Source: Rebecca billardiae RCC1528 (taxonomy: Eukaryota > Protista > Haptophyta). From it: a DNA stretch of 64,000 nt. Below are positions 31,466-43,400 of this stretch, one piece after another. The stretch's first letter is position 1. Each line of letters starts with the position of its first letter. The notes beneath the pieces are model-generated. The model worked only from the letters and a program-made list of their open reading frames with translations. It did no database searches and was not told the origin of the DNA. A program made the translations under genes and the position numbers. The stretch is taken from the NCBI GenBank assembly GCA_965240325.2, contig OZ251225.1:1860001-1924000 (forward strand), in the 5' to 3' direction.

Positions 31466-32132
31466 CGCGCGCCGTGCGCGTCGTCTCGCACACACATTTT
31501 TCGGCGCGCTTTCATGGGCGCACGTGGTGTCTGCGGCCGGGGCGTGATTGACGACGCTATCGGCGAACCGGCGTCGATACCTGAGCCTCTTGGCGGCTCG
31601 GGCGTGTGCCGCGGCAGCTCGGGCGTATGCGCTCTTGCCGGCCGGCTGCCTTGGCGGCGGTGCGCGCGTGCTGCTGGGCGATTTCGGGCAAGTGGACGGC
31701 GCATGGCCTGCTGGTCACCTGCAGCGCCTCGCCTGGCCGGTGCCGGCGCGCGACGACGGGCAGGTTACCCCACTGCTCGGAAGGTCGCTGCCGGGCTCTC
31801 GGCGACCTCTGGGAAGGGCTGAGCGCTCGGGAGGGGGCGTCACGCCACCCGCCGCGCAGCGGCCAAACCCGCCGCGCAGCGGCCAAGCGCCGGCGGCGTG
31901 CTGTGGAGTGGTGGGCAGGGCGCTGCGCCTCTGGGGGTCGGGGCCGGGCCTGGCCTCGGCCGCGCCGGCCGACGCCGGCCATGCCGGCGTGGCGCCTGGC
32001 GCTGCGCCTCTTTGGGCGGGCGCTGCCTCGCCGCCCTGCCCCCCCCGTGGCGACTGGCGGCCCCAGGCAACCCCTGCATCCGCCTATCGTAAACACCGGA
32101 TCGCCAGAAGGAGCACGACGCGCGCGCGGTTA

Positions 32133-32779
32133 TGGGGCGATGGCCGACGCGACGGGAGTGGTGGGTTTGGCAGTCCGCGGCGGTTATCGCGTTATGACTG
32201 CCGCGTCGCTGCTCCGCCGCCGCCCGTGCCCCTCCCCGCTAGGTGGGCGTATACCCGGCCGGACGCGGGCTCGGCGCTCGCAGCGGCATCGCCGGAGTGA
32301 CCGGACGGTGACGAGATGTGAGTCGGAAGCAGCTCGCCTTTGCGGCGCGGGTACCAAGCGGAAAGTGAGCGTACCTGCAGGCGGGCCGACCCTCGGCGTG
32401 ACAGGCGCACCTTCGGGGCCGGTCAGGGCAGCCCACGTCGTGCAGCCGACCGCTTCCGCCGCGACTGCCCCCCGGCGCACCCTGCCCCGGCCGACGCCTG
32501 AGCACAGCGGCCCCGCCCGGGCCCGGGGCCCCCGGGCGGCAGGCCGCGGCAGCCAGCGGCGCTCCTCCGCCTCCCGCCCGCCCTCCCTGGCGTGGGATCG
32601 CCGCGCTGGGGTGGGTGCGGCTTGAGTCAGCGTCCACGGGGGGGGCGATGTGCTGCCGGGCGGGCGCTGCCTCGCCGCCCTGCCCCCCCCCGTGGCGACT
32701 GGCGGCCCCAGGCAACCCCTGCATCCGCCTATCGTAAACACCGGATCGCCAGAAGGAGCACGACGCGCGCGCGGTTATG
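32133..32779 (+). repeat. Second copy of a duplicated intergenic unit (uninterrupted, empty-site version)
   Basis: 32133-32574 matches 23110-23148 + 26324-26332 + 28381-28793; 32658-32779 matches 32014-32134. Confidence 0.9.
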
Positions 32780-32883
32780 TCTACGCGGGGCCCCGTCCGG
32801 GCGGAAGTTCTCGCGGCCGTTGGCGAGCGCCCGCCCGGCGGCACCCACTCAGCGCTCGGCAGCGTGGGCCGCCGTTCGCAAGC

Positions 32884-35188
32884 ATGAGCGCCCCTGCGCC
32901 GCCGCAGCATGGCGCTCCGGGCGCGCTGCCGTCGGTGGCAGACCCTTTGGAGACATTCACTGTCGCGCGCAAGGGCGTCCAGCTGACCCTCACGCCCGTG
33001 CTCGCCACCAACTCGGCCCGTGACGCCGAGCTCCGCGAGGCGGCCATCTCCTTGTACCACCACGTGCTGCCGAGCGTCGGGCGCAAGTTGGTGCGCACGA
33101 TACTCGAGGGCGAGCGCGCGCGGACCATCATGCTGATGAGATCTGTCGAGGGTGCGCGCACCGTCGCCACGCGCACGCATGCTCGCGCGCCCGCGCTCGC
33201 ACGCTCTCACGCTCGCGCGCCCCACCGCGCTCGGCGGCTCGTCGGTCCGTCCTCGCGCTGCGGCTTTGCAGATGTGCTGGCCGAGCGCGAGCTGGCGGCG
33301 GGCGCGGTGGGTGCGGCGGCGAAGGCGCCTGCTGCTACAGGCGGGTGCCCGGCGGAAGACGAGGACGCGGACGATGCGGCGACGTCGTCTTTCAGCGGGC
33401 CGTCGGATGGCGAGGACGAGAGCGGTGACGGGGGAGGCACGGGCAGCGACGCAGATGCGGAGGAGGGCGACGAGGAGGAAGGGGAGGAGGAGGCGGGCGA
33501 CGGGGAGGAGGAAGGTGCCGCTGCCCCGGGTGCCGAGCCCGCCGTCCGAGCCAAGCACCGCATCGTCGGCGCGGCGAGCTTCGAGCTGGTCGAGCCGTCG
33601 CAGTGCCCGCGCGGGCTCGCAGTCTTGCAGCTCACGCTGATCGGGGTGCGTACCAAGCACCAGCAGCTCGGGCTGGGCTCGCAGCTGCTGCGCAGGGCGG
33701 TGGACCCTCGGCTGGCGGGGCCGCACGACACGCTCCTCGCCTTCGCCGACCACGACGCCGTCGACTTCTTCAGGCGGCACGGCTTCACCGACGACGTGAT
33801 CGTCACCTCACAGTTCCGCGCGGTTGTCGACAGCTGGGAGCAGTCCGTGCTGATGGTGCGCTCGGTCGTGCCGGTGCCGCCGCGCGCCGGGTTCGAGCTG
33901 CACGCCGAGCCGGCCGACGCGGCCTCCGTCGCGCCGCGCAGCGCCGTGCTCTGCCCGCCGGCCACGCTCACCGAGCCCCGCTACGCGAGCGCCGCCGACG
34001 TCGGCGACGCGATCGACGCGTGGCGCGAGCAGCGGCTGCAGAGCTACTCACAGGAGCTCGGCCTTCTCGAGCGGCTTCGGGGCGAGGTGCAGACGCTGCG
34101 CAGGCGCTCGGTGCGGCAGGACGACTACGTGAGCTTCCTCATCGCGCAGCTGGCGCAGCTCACGCACGAGCGCGACGCCGTCGCCGCCGAATACGCCGCG
34201 TACCGCGCGCGCGCCGAGCCGGTGCTCGCTGCGGCCGCCAGCGGCGCGCCGCGGCCTGACGACGATGGCGAGGCCGCGCCGGGAGGTGATGGTCGCGTCG
34301 ACGCGGCGAGGCGGCTCGCGCAGGTCGAGCCCGCGAGCCGGCTCTTCGGCCGGCTTGCCGAGAGCTTCGCAGCGTCACTCCGCCCCTCCGAGCACGCGTG
34401 CCCGCCGCTCGCCGCCGTGCGCATCTGGCAGCTCGCCTCTGACGCCGAGCGCGCCGCGCGGCGCGCGCGCTACGACATGAGCCGCGGCCCTGCCGCCGCG
34501 GACAGCAGCGCCGGCGGCTCGCGCTTTGAGCTCGAGCTGTACCTGGGCGCGCCGCTGGCCGTGCTGCAGCAGGTGCGCGCGCCGCCGATGGCGAGGCACG
34601 GGGCGTGCCGGGCGGCGGTTGGCGCGCGCGCGCGAGCCGTGCCGTGTCCGCGCGCCGCCTCGCACCTGCTGCACACCTGCCGTGCTGCCCTCACACGAGC
34701 GTTGCGGTGGTCGCGCGCAGGTGCTGGCCTTTGGGTTCGACGGGTGCGACTGGCCGCCGAGGCACGAGTCTCACGCGCGCCTCGAGGCGTACGGCGAGGG
34801 CGCGTACCTCAGCCGATACGCCTCCAAGGCGCACCACTTCGGCGGCGGCTGCGAGCACGTGCTGCTCGTGGTCGCCGACCTGCGCAACGCGCAGATGGTC
34901 GTGCTGCCTAGCCCGGACCGGACGGCGCCCGACGACGGGGCGTCGGCGATCATCACGCCCGGGCGTCCACTGCCGCTCGGGGCGGGCGGTGTGGAGGGTT
35001 CGGCAGCGCTCGTCGGGACAGGGCAGGCGCAAGGAGAGCCACACGCGGAGGAGGGCCTGAGCGATCTTGCCGGCAATCACCGCTGCGGCGAGGAGATCGT
35101 GATCTTCCGCAAGCGGCTGCCGCCCCTGCTGCCCGTCTGCCTGATTGAGTACGTGCCAGCCTCGGATGCCCCCGATGGCTACGAATAA
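32884..35188 (+). CDS. GCN5-type GNAT acetyltransferase + coiled coil + PARP-like ADP-ribosyltransferase fold; exons 32884-33151, 33272-34572, 34721-35188
   Basis: GNAT motifs IGVRTKHQQLGLGSQLL and LLAFADHDAVDFFRRHGF; introns GTGCGC...GCAG (33152-33271 and 34573-34720) join two ORF-track ORFs in frame; PARP-like ELYLGA..VLAFGF..YGEGAYLSRYASKAHHF..VLLVVADL..EEIVIF..LLPVCLIEY. Confidence 0.8.
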
Positions 35189-35586
35189 TAAGCAGGCGCA
35201 AGTCGCCACCCCTGCTGCCCGTCTGCCTGATTCAGTTCTCAGTTCTCAGTACGTGCCAGCCTCAGATGCCCCGCCCGCGGATGGCTCAAACCCGTGAGGC
35301 GTGAGGTAATATGGGCAGCCCTACTGTGTGTGCACGTTAAAACATAGTAAACTGTATGATACTGTCTCTTCGGAGAGCGTGCGATGAAGGATGGCGCGGC
35401 AAAACAAATAAACTGTCGTACGACGACTTTACTTTACTTTGTGGGGCCGTATCTATGGGGGTATGTATGAGTAATGTATCATCCATACCGGGGGTACAGG
35501 GGATCAAACAACTTGATGCGTGACCAAAGGAAGCCTAAAGAGGGGTCAAAGGAAGACCATGCTGCATGATTGTCGCCCCTCTTGCC

Positions 35587-36780
35587 ATGGCTGGCCACAT
35601 GCGCGGAGCAAGTCGCTCGTGCCTGCCACTCATCAGCACGTGGGGGTGCCTGCTTGCGTGCGCCCTGCCACTCGTCAGCGCCAGCAGCTTGAGCTGGGAT
35701 CCAACCGAGCTGCCGCCTCGGTGGTGGCTCCCCCTCTCGCCCCCAACGAAGCCAGCCACGTGCGGTCCTCGCGGCTGGGGGAACGCTAGCCTCTTTCTCC
35801 AGATCGACGGCCCGGCGTTCAGCTTCCCCGCCAACGCGCTACAGACGATCCAGCGTGGGCTGATGGTGGCGCTCATGGACACGCCGCCGCGCGCACTCCT
35901 CCTCGTGTCGGAGCCCGGACACCGCTCGTTCTTCTCGCAGGTGCACCAGGTCATGGCCGCATTCGACCTCATCGCGGCCACCCGCTCGTGGGCGTGTGTC
36001 GTCGTGTGCCACGACAAGCCCACGGCCAGACGCCTGGGCGGCCGCGACCTCCGGCGGATGAACGCGGAGGCAGCATTCCACCTGCACGTGCAGCTGCGAC
36101 CTGCGCCGGGTGCCGTGAGCCCGCCCACCCTCTTCCATGAGGCGTTCATGGCGCAAGTGCTTCTCCGGCCACGGCCGGCGTTGCGGCGCGCGGTCGAGCA
36201 ACTCGAGGGCGCGCTCGGCCTCGACGCCGCGGCTGATTACGTGGCCGTGCACCTTCGTGGCACCGCGCACCAGTGTCACACGCGCGCTGGCTCCGGCCCT
36301 GCGCTGCGGCGCACGCTCATTCCCGTGCGCATGCCAGGCGGCACCGCCGTGCAAGCAGCCGACGTATGCAACATGACTGCGAATTACCTGGACGCGACGC
36401 TTGGCGCGCTGCGGGTGGCCGCTCCGACGGCGCCCGTGCTCGTCGTGCGCTCGGACCCAGACGTGCCGGCGGCGCTTCTGGATGACCTCCGCGGCCGTTA
36501 CGCGCGCGTGGTGGTGCCTGAGGAGCACGAGGCCTATGCGGGCATAGCTCACGCATCGGGCGCGCATAGCGACTTTCTGCTCATGCTGCTCGCGCTGCGC
36601 GCGCCCGCGTTCGTCGGCAATCCAACATCGACCTTCTCGGCAAACGTCGCTAAGGCGCGAGCGGATCTGCTGCGCGAGCCGCGAACCAACTTCCTGCGTG
36701 ACGCGGTGACGATCCACGCGGCCAACAGGGAGTCGGTGGGGAACAAAGAAGGCCTGCTGCTACGACATGATGAGTCATGA
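35587..36780 (+). CDS. O-fucosyltransferase-like glycosyltransferase (GT-B), signal peptide or anchor
   Basis: LRPRPALRRAVE..YVAVHLRG..C..C; C-terminal ALRAPAFVGNPTSTFSANV..R; hydrophobic WGCLLACALPLVSA; ATG at 35587 or 35599. Confidence 0.75.
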   Translation: MAGHMRGASRSCLPLISTWGCLLACALPLVSASSLSWDPTELPPRWWLPLSPPTKPATCGPRGWGNASLFLQIDGPAFSFPANALQTIQRGLMVALMDTPPRALLLVSEPGHRSFFSQVHQVMAAFDLIAATRSWACVVVCHDKPTARRLGGRDLRRMNAEAAFHLHVQLRPAPGAVSPPTLFHEAFMAQVLLRPRPALRRAVEQLEGALGLDAAADYVAVHLRGTAHQCHTRAGSGPALRRTLIPVRMPGGTAVQAADVCNMTANYLDATLGALRVAAPTAPVLVVRSDPDVPAALLDDLRGRYARVVVPEEHEAYAGIAHASGAHSDFLLMLLALRAPAFVGNPTSTFSANVAKARADLLREPRTNFLRDAVTIHAANRESVGNKEGLLLRHDES

Positions 36781-37129
36781 CGCGTCACGCGCCAGGTTAC
36801 GGCCGAGGCTACCTGTTGGCGCGGTTTGTGTCGCCACAGGGCCAGGCCACGTGCTATAGCTACACTTTTGACGTATACTACGACTACGAAATTGTGCTGC
36901 TGATATACATATATATACATATATACCGTCGCGACGTCGGATCGAGCGATAATATGCGCTGCTGTTTGTGCCTGGGGCCCTGGGGACCAGTGGCAGTGGC
37001 ACTGGCAGCACAGGTCACCACGCCGGGCAGTGCAATATGTGCCGACAGGGCGCGCCCCCTGCAGCTGCGACGCCTCTGCGCAGTGGAGGCGCTGGCGGTC
37101 GTCACCGTAGCTCACGTCAGCGTCGCCGA

Positions 37130-38368
37130 TCAGTCTGCGCACGACCACTCGCGAGCGCAACGTGTGCCGTCGGTCTCGTCAGAGCCTCCGCCAGCGCGCT
37201 CTGCCAGCGCCGCGCGTGCGCGGCTGCCGGCGCGCCTCTCCGCTGCCTCGGCATTGTTACGCAGGGCGCGGGCACCATGGGCGGCCGCCACAGGGCCCTG
37301 AGGCCGCGCAGCTCTGTACTCAACGCGGTATTCCCGATAGACCGAGCACGCGTACTCGTACAGCGCAACGTCAGGGGCGAGGACCGCGGCCGCCGCGGCC
37401 AGCTCCTCCGCTGAGATTGCGGCCGCGCGCGTGCCCGGCATGGCCACGCCCGCTTTCCGCGCCGCCTCCGTGCCCGTGTTGCGCCGAGGAAGCAGGCCAG
37501 TGCCGCCCACGCGGCCGAGCTCCGGCCACCCAAGCTTCCACGCCGCAACTGCGAGCCCCTCCTCCAGCGAGTCCTCGAAGATGAGAGGCAGCACGTGGCG
37601 ACGCAGGTTCGACTTGGCGTGGGCCACCATCGCCGCTTTCGCCTCCTCGTCGAATGGCGCGCGCTGCGCGCCGACGCCCGTGCGCTCTGGGCGGCCGCAC
37701 TGCTGGCGGTACCTGTGCGACTTGAGCACCGCCTTCCTCGAGCGCGCGCGGGGCAGATCGCACGGCGCGCACGCGTGCAGCCCGGAGATGTCCTCGGCGT
37801 ACATCGCGCCCTCGAGCTGCGTGTACTCGGCCAGCGTCAGGTTGGGGCACGCGCGTGGTAGGAAAGGCGAGTCCGCGTAGGCGTCTTGCCGGCACTTGCG
37901 CCCGCCCTCCGCGCACGCGACGCAAAAGTAGCTGTACGAGCTGACGATGCGCGCAAGGGGTTCGCGCAGGACCATGAAGTGCGCGCACGGCAGGTCGACG
38001 CGGCCCTCGGCGTGCCAGAGCGCGTGGCACACCCCAAAGCCGCCCGACACCAGCTTGTGCTCGGCCAGCTTGCCGTGAGGCATGGATGGGCTGTGCACGT
38101 AGTGGTACATGGGGACGCTGTGCCGAAGCACAGCTCGCAGGTGCCCGAGGACCGTGGTGGAGCCCGTCTTGCCATTCCTGATGTAAACGAGCAGGCCACG
38201 ACCGAAGGCAAAGCCCGAGAGGGCTTCAGCGCCGCCATCGCCTACGAACCCCGCAGGCGTGCAGTTCAGCGCGTCGAATGGCACTCGAGGGGCGCAGATG
38301 ATCGCTGGCACGAAGAGGAGGGCGAACGCCGGGACGGCGGGACCTCGGCGCCACTGCCGGTCGCGCAT
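37130..38368 (-). CDS. Golgi-type carbohydrate sulfotransferase
   Basis: 5'-PSB-like YIRNGKTGSTTV, 3'-PB MVLREPLARIVSSYSY, C-terminal PDVALYEYA; N-terminal anchor AFALLFVPAIIC. Confidence 0.82.
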   Translation of the reverse strand: MRDRQWRRGPAVPAFALLFVPAIICAPRVPFDALNCTPAGFVGDGGAEALSGFAFGRGLLVYIRNGKTGSTTVLGHLRAVLRHSVPMYHYVHSPSMPHGKLAEHKLVSGGFGVCHALWHAEGRVDLPCAHFMVLREPLARIVSSYSYFCVACAEGGRKCRQDAYADSPFLPRACPNLTLAEYTQLEGAMYAEDISGLHACAPCDLPRARSRKAVLKSHRYRQQCGRPERTGVGAQRAPFDEEAKAAMVAHAKSNLRRHVLPLIFEDSLEEGLAVAAWKLGWPELGRVGGTGLLPRRNTGTEAARKAGVAMPGTRAAAISAEELAAAAAVLAPDVALYEYACSVYREYRVEYRAARPQGPVAAAHGARALRNNAEAAERRAGSRARAALAERAGGGSDETDGTRCAREWSCAD

Positions 38369-39139
38369 CTACCTCCATTGATGAACAGTGGGCGCACAGC
38401 CGGAGACCGGGTCAGGAAAGTAAAAACATAGTAAACTGTACGCGCGTACAAGGCGCGTAGTTGGTCAGCATCGCGGTCGTCGGTATGATAATAAGTCGTC
38501 AAATCATTGATGAGCAACGCTGATTGGTAGCCACTTGTGAAACTGCAGCTACCGTTTACAGTTACCGTTGCAGTTACAGCCCGCCGGTCTGCTACTGCGG
38601 ATAACGCTAAGTCACACGCGACAACACTACGGTGTCGTGGCGGGTGGTATGTACTAATGTAGGCTGTCGTCGCGAATGACACAATGCCAGATATACGACG
38701 GAGACTGCCGCTGACGAGGCGGCCCAGACAGAGCCCAGACGGTCCAGACCCGGGCGCCGCCAGACCGCGCGCTGGCTGCAGTACCGAGTACGTGCCCCGA
38801 GCCTCGGATCAGACGGATGTCCCTCGAATGCCCGATCACCGATGGCTGACTAACAACTATACGAATACAGTAAGGAGGCAAGTCGTCGTTCGTTCGGGTG
38901 GGGACAGGGTCAGGGCGCTGCTATACATCGATGTGCATGGTGCAGCAGTCATCGGATATGACATATCTTCATCACTTCTACTATAGATAGTACGCGCAGT
39001 AAACTAAAAACAAGCTACGGATTATGGCGCCCGCGGCGCAGAATAAGCTTTGTCAACTAGCCAGCAGCAGCTGTACATAGCCGAGCGGGCTACGTCAGCT
39101 GTGTCACCGTCACGGGCTGATTCATAGCAGACGATATCG

Positions 39140-39500
<361 letters not shown>

Positions 39501-40479
39501 CTAGATCTGGCCTGGCGTGCACGTATAGAGTCGCGCTCATGCGTCGCTCACGCCTCGCGCCCGCCTGTCGGCCTAGTGGGGTCAGAGCCCCACTGTGACC
39601 GTCGCGGCGAGCTGACGAGGTACCTGAAGCACTGAGTCTGAGTGTCGGCCGTCGCGCAGGCGCGCTGGTCGAACCCTTCTGACCTGCAGATCATCGTCTA
39701 CTCCCGGTGCGCTGCTGGCGTCGCGGCGACGACGGTCAGCGGCAGGCCCGAACGACTCAGTCGAATCCGCGGTCCCGCGCCGTCGGCTCCCTCACGGGCT
39801 GTCAGTCAGCTCCGCGTGGCCTGGCGTGCACGTAGAGTCGCGCTCACTCATGCGTCGATCACGCCGAGTCGCATCCGCCTGTCGGCCGTCGCGCACGCGC
39901 AGGGGGTCAGGTAAGGGCCGTCTGTGATGAGGATTGATGAGGGCAGCTCGCGGCCGGCGACCGACATCCACACTCGGCGCACGCCAGCCGCCGACGCGCC
40001 CGCCCGGCGGCGGCGCGGTGCTGGGCGGGCACTGGCCCACTGGGCGGCGCGCCGCTGGAGTCTAGTTACGTACGGGACGACTGCGACGGAGGGTGCACCG
40101 CCATCACCGCGGGCCCCGAACTACGTTGGTTCTGCGGAAAAGGACCGCGGAACGCGGTCATTAATATTCATCAGCAGCAAGTACGCCGGCCAATAATGGC
40201 ACGACTGGCAGTAGACGTGTGCAGTAGCTAAGCTGCAAACTAGTAGTCCAGCAGCGGGCCGTCATCACCGTGCCGTGCCGCATCATCAGGAGTTATTCGG
40301 CGCGGATGCCGCTTATTGTCGTCACGCCCGGCGGTTCACCGTAGTCGGTAGTGGCATTCGCGGCAGGCCTCCGAGCCGGCGGCGGCCACCACGCGCCTGC
40401 CCCCGGCCGGTGCCACGTCAGATCCTGACAGGCGAGGAGGGGATCGTCGAGAGCGTGACCGTCATGCCGGCGCGAGACA

Positions 40480-43400
40480 TCATATGCGGGCCAACCGGGC
40501 CGAGCTGGCCTCCGCCTCGAGCTGCTCTAGACCCTGGGCCCACCTGCTCCGCTGGCGCACGCGCACTCTTGGCAGCGCCCACCACGCGAGCGCGAGGCCA
40601 GCCGGCTCGAGCGCGCACAGTGCGAGCGCGATCGCAGCGGCCCACGCCCTGAGCATGGGCATCAGAGCCTCGCCCGGGACCCGGTCGCCGCTCGCGGCGA
40701 CGACTGCAGCCAGCCCAGCGGTGCCGCCGATGAGCAGGGCCATCACGAGCGGCTTGCGCGATCGGCGCGCGGGCACGCACGGCTCGGCGCAGTGCGCGCG
40801 GTCGCGCTTGCGCCGGCGCCTTCGCATCTCGAGAGCGTGCTGCCGCGCGTACCACGCCGTGAGCTCGTGCTCGCTCACGCGCTGCCGGCGGGTCGTGTCG
40901 AGCACGCGCAGCAGCGCGCGCACCTCCAGGCTGGTCAGCGGGTCTCCGAGCTCGGTCATCAGCGTGGACAGCGCGCGCTCGTCGCACTGCCCGTCCTCGG
41001 CGGAGCCGAACGAGCTGTAGATGAGCTGCAGCGCTTCGAGCTCGCGCGCGTCCAGGGCGCTGTGCGAGGGCCGGCGGACAGCGGCGAGGCCGGCCAGGCT
41101 GGCGCGGCGCGCGCCCGAGGCCGCCGCGCCGAGCGCGCCGCGCACGCGCGAGGGCGCACGCGCGACCGGCGCGTGACGCGGCGGCGGCGGCGGCGTAGGG
41201 GCGCGCGGCGGCGAGGGCGGCGGCGAGGAGTGCGGGCGTACACTCGGCCCGTGCGCTGTGTCCCGCCGCCCGCCCGCCGTGTCGCCGTCGGGTGCGGCCG
41301 CAGAATCGGGCGCCGTCGCCGCGCAGCGCGCCGGCTCGCCCGGGCCGCGCGGCGGGATGAGAGACGCAGGTGTGTGTGCCAGTACCAGTCGTGCGCTCAG
41401 CAACGCCGCGCCTGGCGCATCGGCACACGGCGCCAGCTGCCGGCCGTGCTGCGCAGCGGCGCGACGGCCCACGACTTCGGAGGCGGCGGCACCAGCTCGT
41501 TGCGCGGCGCGTGCACGCACTGGCCTCACCTGGCCGCACGCGCTCGGCGGGCCCGACCGCGACGACGGCGGCTGCGCCTCGCGGGCTGCGCTGACCGGGA
41601 CGCACGTCGGCTGGAGGGTCGCGTGCGGCGAGCGGCTGGGGCGGCGAGCGGCGGGCGTGAGGGCGGCGGGTGGCAGCGACGGCGGCGGCCACACGGCGCG
41701 CTCCGCGCCGGCCAGCACGCCGGTCGCGGCGGCAGCGCGGCCACGAGGCACCGGGGCGATCGGACGTGTGGCTGGGATCAGCGCCGGCTCCGCCGAGTTC
41801 CTCGGCGCGCGCAGCTCGGCCGCGTCCGCGCGCGACGCCCGGGCCGTCGGCCGCCACCCGCGCGGCGGCTGGGCGGCGTGCCGGCGCGGTGTCGGCGCCA
41901 CCCGACCGCGACCGGCAGAGGGCGCAGCTCCGGCGGTGGCGTGCGCGCTTGGGCCGGAGCGCGCGGCTGCGTGCTCAGGCCGCGAGCGCGGCGCCGCGCC
42001 GCTCGAACGGTGCGGGCGCTCGCGCTCGGAAAGGGGCGCGCCGGCGGCGGCGAGGGTGGCGAGGGCGTCGTGTGCTGTGGCGGCGCCGCCGCCCGCGCAG
42101 GCGCCGTGTGCGCGCGGGCTCGAGGGCGCCGCGACGCACGCGGGGCAGCCGTCGCTGTGCGCTTGCGGGCTCGGAGGCGCTTCGACGCGTGAGCGCCGGC
42201 CCTCGCTCTGCGCGCAGCTGCCGTGGCCGTCGCCGCCCGAGGCTGACGTGGCGGCGGCGTCGGCGCCAGCCTTTGACGAGCAGCCGTGTGCACGCCTCTG
42301 CTGCCCCCGCCGCGGCCTCGCGCGCCGGCCGACCGAGTTCTCCAGCCGCAGCGCAAAGGTGTTGGTGGGCGCGATGGCGCGCGCCGCGCGTCGCGCCGCG
42401 GCGGCCGACTCGGCCCGGAGTGTCTCCAGGTCGGCTTCGAGCAGCTTGACCACCATGTCTCGCAACGCGTGGTACAGCCGAACGGTGGGCGGCGGCGGCT
42501 CCTGCGCGCGCGCGAGCGCCTCGCGCAGCAACCGCGCGCCCAGGAGCATCAGCGCCCCCGCCAGCGCGATCAGTGCCACGGCTGCGGGCAGCGGAAGCCC
42601 TGTGGGCGTGCGCGTGCGATCAGCGTGCGCTGCGATTCCGTGCCCAGTCTCCGCGCCCGGCTCCGCGCTGAAGAGGCCGACGGCGACGGTGAGCTGGACG
42701 AGCAGCGCAGTGCACACGCTCTGCGCCAGCAGCGCCCGCTGCCCCGCCTGCTCCGCCGCCATCAGCATGGCCGCCAGCACCGAGTGCTCGTCGGCCAGCA
42801 GCCACAGCAGGCCGCCGCACACCTCCGCAGCGGTGCTCCGCGGCGGCCGGCGCGGAATCGGGATGGGCTCGCGCGCGGGCGAGCGCGGGCGCTCGTGCGG
42901 GGCGGCGAAGCGCATGGCGCTTGCTTCGAGGGGGCCACTATCACCCGGCGTCGACGGGGGCACCCTCGCCTTGGCAGCGGGCTGGAAGCGCACCGCGGGC
43001 GCCGAGGGCGGGGGGCTGGCAGGGCACGCGTCCGCCTTCGCCGTCGCCGTCGCCATTGCCGGCGCACTCGCCGGCTGCGCGTCCGCGCCCTGCTCCTCCC
43101 CCTCCTCCTCGCTCGTGTCTCCGCACTCGACGACCAGGCTCGGGCGCTCGCGCGGCGAGAGCTGCAGCCCACTGCAGCTCCACTCGGGCACAGGCGCGCC
43201 AACTGCCGTCAAGTCGTCGTCGTCACACCAGCCCTCGTCCTCGGCCACCAGGCTCGGGCTTGCGCGGGGCGAGAGCAGCCCGTCGCTGCTCCGCTCGCGC
43301 GCGGGCGCGCCAACGGCCGTCCAGTCGTCCTCCTGGCTCTCGCCCTCCGCCACCGGGCGCGGGCGTGCGAGGGGCGAGCGGAGCAACTCGGCGGCATCGG

